Source of the DNA: Paraspadella gotoi
Taxonomy: Eukaryota > Animalia > Chaetognatha
DNA length: 11,665 nt
Direction of reading: 5' to 3'
Assembly (NCBI GenBank): GCA_051294375.1
Contig: JBJCIZ010000665.1
Coordinates: 1-11,665 of the forward strand
Positions within the stretch are counted from its first letter, which is position 1. Every line of letters begins with the position of its first letter. The notes under the pieces were generated by a model. It saw only the letters and a program-made list of their open reading frames with translations. It made no database searches and was not told where the DNA came from. Below are positions 1 through 9,783 of the stretch, one piece after another. The position numbers and the translations under genes are program-made.

Positions 1-56
1 GACTGCTTATATTGAACGCTTCTGTCATTAACACTTATCAGTAATTACTGTCTCTT

Positions 57-2681
57 CAATTCTTTTATTAAGCTGGTTAAAAATGTAAAAAACTATATTT
101 AAGAAATCAATTTTCAATTTCAAACTTAAAAATAGTTTTTTATAATTTTAACTTACTTAATGACATAATTTTTGAAAAAGATTTATATCTTCTTTAATTA
201 ACTTTTAACAAGAAATCTTGACATTTTGACATTATATAAGGGTAGTACTATATACAAAATAAGCTAACTGGGCAACTATATTTGTAAAAAAAGAAAAATA
301 ATTACAGATTAGTATTCATTAATATGATAGTTTTTGAGATATAACTTCACCCTAATCCATACTGGTAACTAGTAGAAATTCGCGACTGACATGAACGGCC
401 AAGTCTAAAACCGCCCATTTCTAATCTGACGAAATAAAATTCCTTGGAAACATGCGAACCGAGAAACAAAGTTTTCAATTTTACCCCAGAATACGTATTT
501 ATTAAGGCGTAGTGAAAGTTACATACGAAAATTCGTAAAAGTCAATGGCGCGACCAGATGAAACAAGCCATTACCGCATCCACCGCACTAACATTAATTT
601 AAAAAAATAATTTTATGGTTTTTAATTTTCGCAGTAAGCATATTTATATATAGTTCTATCCTTATTAAAATCGAAAAATTTCAAAATAAGCTTTTCTTAA
701 TTTTGATTGCAGATTTGAATTCCCTGTAAAAAGTTGATAAAAGAAAATATAAATCATTTTTAAAAATTATTTCATTAAGTGGGTTAAAAATTAAAAAAAA
801 CTATATTTAAATTACATGGTGACAATTTTATAAGCGCCGGTAGAAATATGCTGTCATTTGCAAACCAGTGTTATTTCATTTATTTTAAAAATTTAGTTGA
901 GTAGAAAATACTAAAATTATTTATGTGTTAAAATTTATATTGATCAGTTAAGATATGCCTTGACAATGAGTGGAGAAAGTTGGCTTGTCAAATTGGGTTT
1001 CATTTTCCAACTCACTGTTTTTAAATTCAATTTTTTTTAGGAACTTTTAGCACTTTTTTTAAACAAATTATTATTAAAATATTAACAATATTAATATTTT
1101 CAAAAGCCCTTAAAATATGAAGAGATTGATTATACTTATGAAAAGCTCTAACATAAAAAGTAAGCGCCCAGCCTTGGGTTCAATTAAGAGTATCAAAAGT
1201 GAATTATTTAAAATTTTAAATCTTTTTTCAAAATATATGACCTGTTTAAATTATTATAACAAAAAATATTATTATTATATAAGTATCATGAAAGAGCCTG
1301 AAAAAAAAATTAAGATAGCCAAATCACAATTTGATAAAAATTATAAATTTACTCTCCAGCTATTGATTTTTAAAAAGATGTCTCGTTTTTGAATATCCTA
1401 TTAAATTAAAACTGGGCACGTAAATTTTTATTACTACAGTATTCGTAAGTATATCAATCTCTGTCATATTTTTAAGGGCTTTATGAGGATATTAATATTA
1501 TTAGTATTTTAATAAATACTTTTTTTAAAAAAGTGCTAAAATTTCCCCAAAAAAATTTAATTTAAAAACATTGAGTTGGAAAATGAAACCCGATTTGACA
1601 AGCCAACTTTCTACACTCATTGTCAAGGCATATCTTAACTGATTAATATAAAATTTTAACACATAAATAGGTTTAGTATTTTCTACTCAACTCAATTTTA
1701 AAATCAATGAAATAACCACTGGTTTGCAAATAACAGGGTATTTCTACCGGCGCTTGTAAAATTGTCACCATGTATATAAAAAGTTAATTTTCAGCTTAAA
1801 ATATAGCTTTTTCTAATTTTTGACCCACTTAATGAAGGAATTTTTCAAAAAGAGTTATATTTCTTTTTATCAACTTTTTTTGACAAATCCAAATCTGCAA
1901 AAAAATCTTAGAAAAAACTGTTTTGAAATTTTAACATTTATTGGTTTAGTACTAGTATAAATATGGCCTAATGTGTGAATTATAAAATTTATTATAAATT
2001 TTTTATTATATAAATGTTTATTAGTATAATGTTGTTCGTTCCTCACTTTTAGAATTTTAATTAAAGTTAAATTTAGAAATTTTACTACGCCTTAGTATTT
2101 ATTTGTTCAATTGTTATTTTTGTTTAAATCTTGGCAAAATTTCTAAAAATTGTATAGAAAAAATATATTTGAAAACGCCCGATTTTTATAGCGTTTTAAA
2201 AAAATCCAAGATCAGTTTCGTGCCAATTAAAGAACCGGTCGTCTTCAGAACCGGTTTTTTCAACAGCAACAAAAATAAGATATTGAGCTTGAGGCGACTT
2301 ACCACCGGTATTAGACGGCTCAATATTTCATTTTTCGTCGGGCCTATATTAAAACGAAGAAATTGACTCAGTTTTTCGGTGTAAGCCCTTTCGATCGTTG
2401 ACTTCAGAAAAAAAAAAAAAATTAAAAAAATAACAAAGTTGATCGGAAACTCATTTTTCTCCAAGGCTGACCTTCAAGTATTTAAAAATTAAATTTAAAA
2501 GTAAAACTTCAGACATTTCTGAAAAAACTTTCAGTGAATTTTGTACTTTTAAAAGTAGATTCGGATAGCTTATAAAAAGTTGTCTGCACAAAGTATAATT
2601 CTTTTTTCAATATTTTGATGATAAATAGGTCAAAATTGATACCAATAATAATAATATATAACAATATAATATATATTTAAG
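57..2681. repeat. Array of five alternating-orientation copies of a degenerate ~200-bp module (old palindromic DNA-transposon derivative), interrupted by the 815-1772 MITE
   Basis: Forward-type arms at ~57-103 (partial), ~590-810 and ~2500-2681; reverse-type arms at ~125-300 and ~1795-2030. Shared anchors: CATTAAGTGGGTTAAAAATT...CTATATTTAA, AAAAAGTTG, GCAGATTTG. TAAGGCGTAGT (503-513) and ACTACGCCTTA (2084-2094) sit symmetrically. Confidence 0.7.
815..1772. mobile_element. 958-bp foldback MITE with long TIRs and TA target-site duplication (Tc1/mariner-type, non-autonomous)
   Basis: TA|CATGGTGACAATTTTA (813-830) and TAAAATTGTCACCATG|TA (1757-1774). Arms ~815-1195 and ~1385-1772 are near reverse complements, e.g. 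AAGCGCCGGTAGAAATA/TATTTCTACCGGCGCTT and AGTTAAGATATGCCTTGACAATGAGTG/CACTCATTGTCAAGGCATATCTTAACT. No transposase ORF. The superfamily is inferred from the TA TSD and CA...TG ends. Confidence 0.85.
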
Positions 2682-2696
2682 GAGTGTAACGAAAAT

Positions 2697-3121
2697 TCAG
2701 CAGATCCCCGACTCTATAATTCACTTTGTCGGTCCGTCGGTCCGCCCCCTCAATCTTGTCGGGCATTCACTTATATCATGTCAGAACATCGAATTATGAT
2801 AAATTATGCAAAAAAAACGATGTCCGTCCGTCCGTCCGTCCGTCCGTCCCACCTTAGCAAAAAACACCAATTACTCGTGATTGGATGGATGGATTAGAAT
2901 GAAATTTTGTGTGTGGGTAGGGAAGTGTGTGATTGAGCTGGATATGAAGTTTCGATGGAATCGTCCGAGTGGAAATGAGTTTAAATGGAAAAAAAAAATT
3001 TCAATATTTTAACACCAATTACTCATGAGTGGATGGGGCGATTGACTTAAAATTTTGTATTTGTGTAGAAAAGTGTGTAATTAAACTGGAAATCANNNNN
3101 NNNNNTTGCTCAAACTTGTTT
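2697..3121 (+). mobile_element. HINE/DINE-1-like non-autonomous Helentron, copy A (5' hairpin half missing; assembly gap inside)
   Basis: TCAGCAGATCCCCGACTCTATAATTCACTTTGTCGGTCCGTCGGTCCG, (GTCC)7 at 2822-2849, 148-bp repeat (ACACCAATTACTC at 2864 and 3012), gap 3096-3105, then the 3' terminus TTGCTCAAACTTGTTT. Confidence 0.8.
3096..3105. other. Assembly gap (10 N)
   Basis: N run inside the HINE central repeats. Confidence 1.
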
Positions 3122-3258
3122 GAACAACAATTTAATAAATTTATTAGGACATGTTTCGATTCTATGTTTCGAGTCTTCATCAGCAAGTGAAAATATCAAA
3201 GTCACAGGCAGGGAAGAAGAGAGTTAGTGAATTTGAAAATTGGAAAAATTTGGTGAAA

Positions 3259-3280
3259 GAGAGAGAGAGAGAGAGAGAGA
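3259..3280. repeat. (GA)11 microsatellite
   Basis: Directly visible. Confidence 0.95.
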
Positions 3281-3417
3281 CAAATCAATACATTAGGCAA
3301 TGTACATTGTACAACAATGATAAAATTAGAGAATAAACTAAATGTATAATAATAATTAATAAGTTAGTTATTAATTAATAGATTAAATAATTAATTAATT
3401 AATTTTAATAAATTAAT

Positions 3418-3590
3418 TATAATTTATATTCAGCTTGTCATCATCGATGTCCTTAAAATTGAGTCAGGACAGTTATAAAAGTTTTGTTTACATTTTATCA
3501 AAACAAACAAATATCCTATATTTTATTTTATGTCTCCTTCTTCTCTCTCTCTCCTCTCACTCTCTCTTTTCTCTCTCACTCTCTCTCTCA

Positions 3591-3621
<31 letters not shown>

Positions 3622-4392
3622 TTTTTATGCAATTGCGACGATCCTTATGCTTTTAAGATTTTTTTCAACTTGGCATAATTTTTTCAACTTGATTCGTCAA
3701 AACTTATATCTAGCTTTCTCACTCACTTTCCTAGCCGGCTTCACAAATTCTCTCAATCTATCATGATTAACAATAAATAAAAGATTCAAGTAAATGTGAC
3801 TCATATTTTTGTTCATTAAAACCCATTTCACTGGATACGTTTCACTGAAAACTTTATATCAAGCATCGTTACAACATGTTTTCTACCGCACTACAAAAAA
3901 ATGAACTCAATCTATCCATCCAATTATGATTAATTAGAGTACTTATTGGTTAAAAATAATTAAAAGTATTTTAGTAAAAAATGCGACTTATGTTTTTTCC
4001 TCTAAACTCACACGATTCCGTCGAAACTTTATATCCAGCTTTATCACACACTTCCTACCGCCACACAAAATTTCTCTCCAATCCAAACCAGCCAATCAAC
4101 GAGTTATATGGAGCTTTTTGCTAAGGTGGGACGGATGGACGGATTGATTGACTGATTAATATTTATGATGAATTATATCTAATTGATTAATTAACTGAAT
4201 TAATTATTTGATTTATTAATAATCCTGCTTATACATTTAAATATAAAGGAAAAAGAATCATAATCAATTAGTGAACAGGTTTTTGTTTTTTCCATTTAAA
4301 CTCATTTCCACTCAAAAGATTCCATCGAAACTTGGTTTCCTGTTCAGATCACACACTTTTCATATTCTTCACATTACAAAATTCTCATGGTC
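3418..4392 (-). mobile_element. Further reverse-oriented fragments of the same HINE family
   Basis: GCTAAGGTGGGACGGATGGACGGA (4120-4143) is the reverse of the GTCC/CCCACCTTAGC block. 150-175-bp units occur at ~3690, ~3830, ~4000 and ~4280. 3418-3633 is the reverse complement of ~10540-10722. Confidence 0.6.
3533..3625. repeat. Imperfect (CT)n microsatellite
   Basis: Directly visible. Similar CT/GA tracts at ~6523-6595 and ~10552-10610. Confidence 0.9.
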
Positions 4393-5946
4393 ATCGAATA
4401 ATTAAGTGGTAATAGCTAACTTGTTCAACTGCATAATTTAAATCAACTTGCATAATCTTGGTCAACTGACATAATTTGGTTAACTGACAGTAATTTGTGT
4501 CTACTGACATAATTTGGTCAACTGACAGTAATTTGGTCAACTGACATAATTATGGTCAACCTGACATAATTTGATCAATTAAGATAATTTGGTCAACCGG
4601 CCATAATGTTGGTCAACTGCATAATTTTATCAAACTGGACCTATTTGGTCAACTAGCATAATTTGGTCAACTGGCAGTAATCGGTAATTCATGGCATAGG
4701 ATATTGGTCCTTCAAACTGACAACTGCGGTCAACAAGGCATTTAGATTGTCAACTCATTGCAGCATAATTTGGATCCAATCAATATCAAAATCAACGAAG
4801 AGAAGAAGAGAGAAACTTTTAATCATAAATGTGTCTCTTTCGGTTTTCTTTTTAAACTTTTCCACTCCTACGCATTCCATCAAAAATACTATCCAGTTAA
4901 TCCAAATATGTTTCTACCCCACAAACAAATTCATTTCGATTTATACTATCTCAATTTTAATTAAACTATAATAATTATGAGTAAATTATAAGGAAATCTT
5001 CTAAGTAAATATGACTTTTGTTTTTCCGTTTAAACTGATTTCCACTCGACAATACATTAGCAGTAATTAATTAATTAATTTGGATTCCAAAATGTATTGT
5101 TTTTTAGGTTCTTTCGTCACTAAGCGATCTAAGTGCTCACAACAAAGCAATGATGACGCATAAGTCCGATGAAGATGACTTTGATTCGAGTTGATTGATT
5201 AAATAGTAATTAATTGATAAATAAATTGATTAATTGGAATTAAATAATTAATAGATAAATAATTGATTGATTTAACTAATTAATTGATTTATTAATTGAC
5301 TGCTTGATTAATTGACTGATTAATTGATTAATTAACTGATTAATTAATTATTGATATTATAATTGAATCTAATTAGTTATTTACATTTACAGTCACTTTA
5401 CATTAAAAAGAAAAAAAAGAAGGCAAATCATATTCGTGGAAACAGGTTTTTTTTGTTTTTTCCATTTAAAACTCATTTTCCGATTCACGACGATTCGGGC
5501 ATTGAATATTGATTTACGGCTTAATCTACAGCACTTTCTACCACAATACAAAATTTTTAAGTCAATTACGCCTCCACTGCCCCACCAGAGTAATTGGTGT
5601 AAAATAGTATGACAATTTTTTTTTGCATTTATCATTTCCATTACGGCACTCATGAACTCTATTAGCTGCAATCACATAACTTCCCTACCCACACACACAC
5701 ATTCATTCAATCCATCCATCCAATCCGAGTAATGGTGATATTTTTGGCTAAGGGTGGGACGCGATCGGGACGGACGACAGAAGTACGGCGAACAGACATG
5801 ATCATATTTTTTTCGCATAATTTAATCATAATTCGACGTGTTCTAGACATGATGATAAGTGATGCCCACAAGATTTGAGGGGGCTCGACGCGACCGGACC
5901 GACAAAGGATTATAGAGCCGGAATCTCTGCTGTAAGCAGATCCGGC
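4393..5946 (-). mobile_element. HINE/DINE-1-like Helentron, copy B (reverse orientation, 3' terminus eroded)
   Basis: Minus strand begins with a T-run then GCCGGATCTGC-TTACA-GCAGAGATTCCGGCTCTATAATCCTTTGTCGGTCCG and is colinear with copy A over ~5440-5946. It contains ~150-bp units and the 18-bp array. 4393-4420 (ATAATTAAGTGGTAATAGCTAA) is the reverse complement of the pre-terminal sequence at 10924-10946. Confidence 0.75.
4420..4775. repeat. 18-bp minisatellite (ATAATTTGGTCAACTGAC), roughly 18-19 degenerate units
   Basis: Directly visible tandem units with many 1-bp indels. The same unit appears as reverse complement at 10190-10282 and as ~2 units near 3665-3690. Confidence 0.9.
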
Positions 5947-5959
5947 AAAAAAAAAACTG

Positions 5960-6285
5960 TTTCACAGCTAATTGATTCAATGCTTTTTTTTTCTTTTTAT
6001 ATTAAATATAAATCCAAGATGTATTAATTAATCCAGTTAATAAATCAACAATTAATTAGTCAATCATCAATTTCATTTAATTATTAATTAATTATTCAAT
6101 CAATCAATCAAGTTCCCAAAATCGTTAAATCGCATTATTATTCATCGTTGTCATTGCTTTTTGTCATAGTTAGTGACGAAAAGACCTAAAACAAACAATT
6201 TGGATCAAATAATTAATTAATTGCCTATATTAATTACCGAAATGATCGTGGGCAGATCGTCATTGTTTGCAAACAAATTGTTTTT
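5960..6285 (+). mobile_element. 3' portion of a HINE copy (D)
   Basis: 6140-6225 is the reverse complement of 5062-5160 (TTAGTGACGAAA.GACCTAAAA). It ends ATCGTGGGCAGATCGTCATTGTTTGCAAACAAATTGTTTTT, a degenerate subTIR plus hairpin plus T-run. Confidence 0.6.
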
Positions 6286-6917
6286 GAAGTGTAAATTAGA
6301 TAAAATAGCTTTTTTTTTACTTGATTGCCCAACAAGAAGACAGGACAAATTAAATATGATTTCCATTTTAAGATATACATTCTTCGAAGTAAAATTGAAA
6401 ACTTTTTCAAAGGGATCGTTCAAATCGAATTGAATTTTCTTTTATACACATATTTTACAATAAATTGATGGAAATAACAATTTTATTTGGTAATAATCGA
6501 CTGATTGAATCTTTGAAGATATCTTTCTTTCTCTCTCTCTCTATCTCTATTCTCTCTCTCGTCGTCTCCTCGTCTCCATTCTCCTATCTCTCTCACTCAA
6601 CGATTTTGATTTCAATCAAAATCGCTAGTAATCTTAACTGAAGGTAGATGAATATTTTTTTTCATATTTAGGGAATTTCAATTTTATTTGATACAGTACC
6701 GGTCTTGGCTTCCTTCATAAGTCAGGGAAAGCTATATCATCTATAATAATGATGGAAATGACTTGATAATGCTGTGTGGGGATGGAAACTCGGTATGGTC
6801 TATTCCCGCATTCTATATTTTCAAAAAAAATTTTTGAGTTTTTGTTTTGAGCATCCATTTTTAAAAAAAATTTAAATTTGCATACTGTGCTCAAATACTT
6901 GAACGATATAATTTTTT

Positions 6918-7529
6918 CCTCAGTAAAAATTACTCTAACATTACTTGGTCCTAAATGGTAAGTGTTATGCTGGAAAAAAAATTATTATTTATTAATATGG
7001 CTAGTTTGCTAATTATACTATAATTTAGCTTATTATCTATTTTTTATTTATTAGTTCAACTTTTTATTATAGAATTAATAGTTAATTGATAGGCAATTTT
7101 ATTCCTGTAATCAAATTATAATTTTTTTATAATTAATTAAATAGTGGATTTTTTAATATATTACTAACAAAATATGATTTTTTGATAAATAATGATTTTT
7201 TTTAAAAAAGTTTATGCCAAACTATTGGTGAAATGTTACTGATTAGCAAATAATATAAATTGTTTTTAAAATTTGGATAACCCTTTAATGAATACAGCCC
7301 AAAAAAGCCTAAAAAGATGGTTAAAAAAACACCTATTTTTTAAACCTTTTCTAAAAACTGCAAAACACGAATTTTCCCACTCAAATTTTGTAATGTATAT
7401 TAGAATTGGTAGTAAATTATAATGGCCTGACAAATCAGAGGAAGTAGTAAATAATTTTACCTAATTATACAGATTAAATAGGCGAGAACGTGTCTAAGAA
7501 ATTCCAGGTAATTTAATATTTTACTGAGG
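6918..7529. mobile_element. Possible old ~612-bp MITE
   Basis: Perfect 11-bp inverted ends CCTCAGTAAAA (6918-6928) and TTTTACTGAGG (7519-7529), extended by ATTACTTGG/CCAGGTAAT. TT lies on both flanks (possible 2-bp TSD). Internal symmetry is weak. Confidence 0.4.
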
Positions 7530-8029
7530 TTGCCTCGGGTTTTCTTGTATTTTTTTATATCTTTGTTTCTTTCTTCTTTTGTTACCTTCCCTTTCCTTTC
7601 CTTCATTTCTCTCTCTTCTTAAAAAATGCAAGAAAGGTGGAATTTTATCAGGATAATGAATGTGGTTTCAATAACGGAAGTGGGCCGGAAGAGGTGGTAT
7701 AGTAGGATCAGTGATACGTTAAATTTGAAAAAACGGGGGCATTAGCCATAGCAATATGTAATGTATTGTCTGCTTGTTTCGAAATGAAACTTTGCAGAGT
7801 AGTGATCCACAATAAGATGTTTGTTATACATAATAGTTCCTAGTTATGTAGTCATGTGATCACAGGGAAATACAACCGTAAAGAAGTCACTGCAAGTGAT
7901 GGATAATGCCGTTGTTCACTTTGTTGTTCTTTGACTTTTTAACTTTTCGTCTTCTTATCTTTGCTTAACCTGTACCGCTGTTTCCTTCAACTTTCAGTCA
8001 CACAGTTTTCAGAAGTACAGACTTCAGAC

Positions 8030-8370
8030 CCGTCCGCCAACGGCCTTTTACGGACAGTGTGCCACGTCTACCAACATTTTCTACAGTAAGTTCTGTGGTT
8101 AGGCCACGAGCCCGGCACAAGTACACCACAACCATGTGTTCTCTTGTGTGTCGAAGGGCCACCAAGAAGGCCACAAGACCGGAGCCTCAGACTCTCGTGA
8201 TGGACTCGGGGACCTTTCCACAAAGCCAGTGACAACAGGGCTTCACACGTCCCGACGGGGCGCTGGACAAGACCCGGCGCCCACTTCCGGCGAAGACGAG
8301 GCGAGTGGACGACGGCGTCACCAAGTAACCAGCTCTGACCCGGGTCAACGGAACGAGGAGAGGTCCCACT
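8030..8370 (+). pseudogene. GC-rich segment with possible decayed gag-like (ORF1) zinc-knuckle coding sequence
   Basis: CHVYQHF (8060-8080), KFCG/GHEPGTS (8088-8122) and FSCVSKGHQEGHKTGASDS (8139-8195) in shifting frames resemble three successive CCHC knuckles. Several Cys residues must be restored by single substitutions. Confidence 0.4.
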
Positions 8371-8905
8371 GAGACTAGTCGTTACTTCCTTTTTGACGTG
8401 CCGTAAGAGTTTGGACTCTAAGGGAAATAAAATCTCTTCAGAGCTTTGTACAAGCATTATAGATTTGTTGGAGACGAGGAAAATAAGCCCCCGTTGATTC
8501 AATATGGCAGGAAGGAAGGTGTTAACATGCCAGGATGTAAGATCTCCTGAGGATAAAAAGCATAAGATGGAAAATTGAAAAGAGAGTGTTTTTAAAAAGG
8601 ATAGACATGTGATGAGGATGGAGGATGACCGAATAGCCAAGGCTGTAACCTTGATGATGAGCGAAACTAAGAGAAATGGGAGTTAAAGTAAAACGGAACA
8701 GAAAGGGACCCACCACTAACGGAGAAAAATATAAGAGAGGCTGGGATGGATGTGTGCGATATAGGAGAAATGAGAAAGACCGAAAGCTATGGAGAATTCG
8801 AGAAAGGAGAAGGATTGACCACCTGTGGGAATGGGGAAAGAGTCCTAGGGCATAAGTGGGAGGGGGGACAGATAACAGGAATGTTGGGAGAAGAGAAAAG
8901 TAATT
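8371..8905 (+). mobile_element. Frameshifted remnant of the ORF2 C-terminal (post-RT) region of an RTE-like non-LTR retrotransposon
   Basis: Mixed-frame translation: ...VRVWTLREIKSLQSFV...GVNM...IKSIRWKIEKRV (8553-8588)...HVMRMEDDRIAKAVTL (8606-8653)...IREAGMD...KDRKLWR (8775-8795). This resembles the RTE motifs 'LLYG.E.WTL', 'GHVxRMxDxRxPK' and 'DRxxWR'. Confidence 0.75.
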
Positions 8906-8913
8906 TAGATCTG

Positions 8914-8961
8914 TTCCTTTCTTTCTTTCTTTCGTTTCTTTCTTTTTTTTTCTTTCTTTCT
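8914..8961. repeat. (TTTC)n simple repeat following the LINE remnant
   Basis: Directly visible. Confidence 0.8.
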
Positions 8962-9356
8962 ATGACTATTGGTCACTCTATAAAATTTGTTGACACAATA
9001 ACAAAGAAAAAAGTTAAATAGAAATGAGCTTAGTTAATCTTTTTACTAATTTTAAAGCAACATAATTACACAAATTAATCATAAGTGGATGGATAGATTG
9101 AGATAAATTTTTGTGTTTTGGGTAGGAAAGTTGTGTGGATTGTGTGAATATAAAGTTTCGATGAATTCGTGCAGTGGAAAGGGTTTAGGTAGAAAACAAA
9201 CAAGTCATATTTACTTAAACTTTTAATTATTGTATTAATTCTGAAATTTCCATCAATTAACTGATACTAATAATTGGTGTGGGTATAGGAAGTGAAGTCC
9301 TTAAGCTTGCTATAAAGTTTTCGATGGAATCGTGCAAGTAAAAATGAGTTTTTAAT

Positions 9357-9783
9357 AAACAAGAATGGTAAATTCACAATGTGTTGTAATCGAAGTGAGT
9401 GGCCTTATTAGCGTGTAGTTTTTTCATGACATGACATGACGTAATATGACATGATCTGACATAAGATACTTCATGAATACAATAACTTTTTCAACCATAT
9501 ATTTTAGACACTGCACTGCATCAAAATTCCGTCTTTTTAGTTTTAGGATTTTCTGAAGGCATTTGTTTTTGTTGTTGTTGTTTGTTTGCTGTTTTGTTTT
9601 GTTGCTAGGTTTTCTTTTTTTGTTTGGTGCTGTGCCAGTTTTTTTAGATTTAGGTTTTTTTTCTGTCTGAACAAATGAGCAAACCAATTGGGACTGACTG
9701 GCAAATAGACTTACCGACCAATGGGCCGACGACGAACAAAAAAAGTGCTAGCTCCGCGAGTACTCACGGCGCTAACTAAAAAA
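9357..9783 (-). mobile_element. Probable second-family Helentron-like element nested in copy E
   Basis: Minus strand starts TTTTTAGT-TAGCGCCGTGAGTACTCGCGGAGCTA (26-bp palindrome at 9749-9774 with 2 mismatched pairs), followed by GTCG/GTCA-like repeats. It contains (CATGA)n at 9425-9465 and ends ...ATTCTTGTTT. The host unit resumes after it. The 3' boundary is uncertain. Confidence 0.5.

Noticed and set aside
1117-1392. 91-aa ORF at the centre of the MITE as a transposase
   Set aside because: K/I/Y/N-biased translation of AT-rich DNA with no HTH or DDE/D motif; it overlaps the TIR arm.
3435-3766. Overlapping Leu/Ser-rich ORFs resembling membrane peptides
   Set aside because: They are translations of the CT microsatellite. 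The remaining short ORFs (2103, 2186, 3151, 4747, 4758, 5393, 6217, 6221, 9424, 10333) likewise fall in repeats or low-complexity DNA.
4420-4775. CRISPR-like array
   Set aside because: Units are contiguous with no unique spacers, there are no cas genes, and the context is eukaryotic.
4380-5950. High indel density as a sign of hypermutation
   Set aside because: Scattered 1-bp indels near gaps are equally expected from uncorrected long-read gap filling, and this cannot be distinguished without reads.
7625-7770. Possible AP-endonuclease N-terminal remnant (NVVSITEV)
   Set aside because: A single short motif, in the wrong order relative to the putative ORF1; not supportable without a translated search.
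8238-8300. HDV-like ribozyme upstream of the RTE-like fragment (hairpin GGGCGCTGG/CCGGCGCCC followed by GGCGAA)
   Set aside because: Could not build P1, P2 and P1.1 in the required order; only a P4-like hairpin is present.
8068-8640. 190-aa minus-strand ORF
   Set aside because: Antisense shadow of the retroelement remnant; recognisable motifs are on the plus strand.
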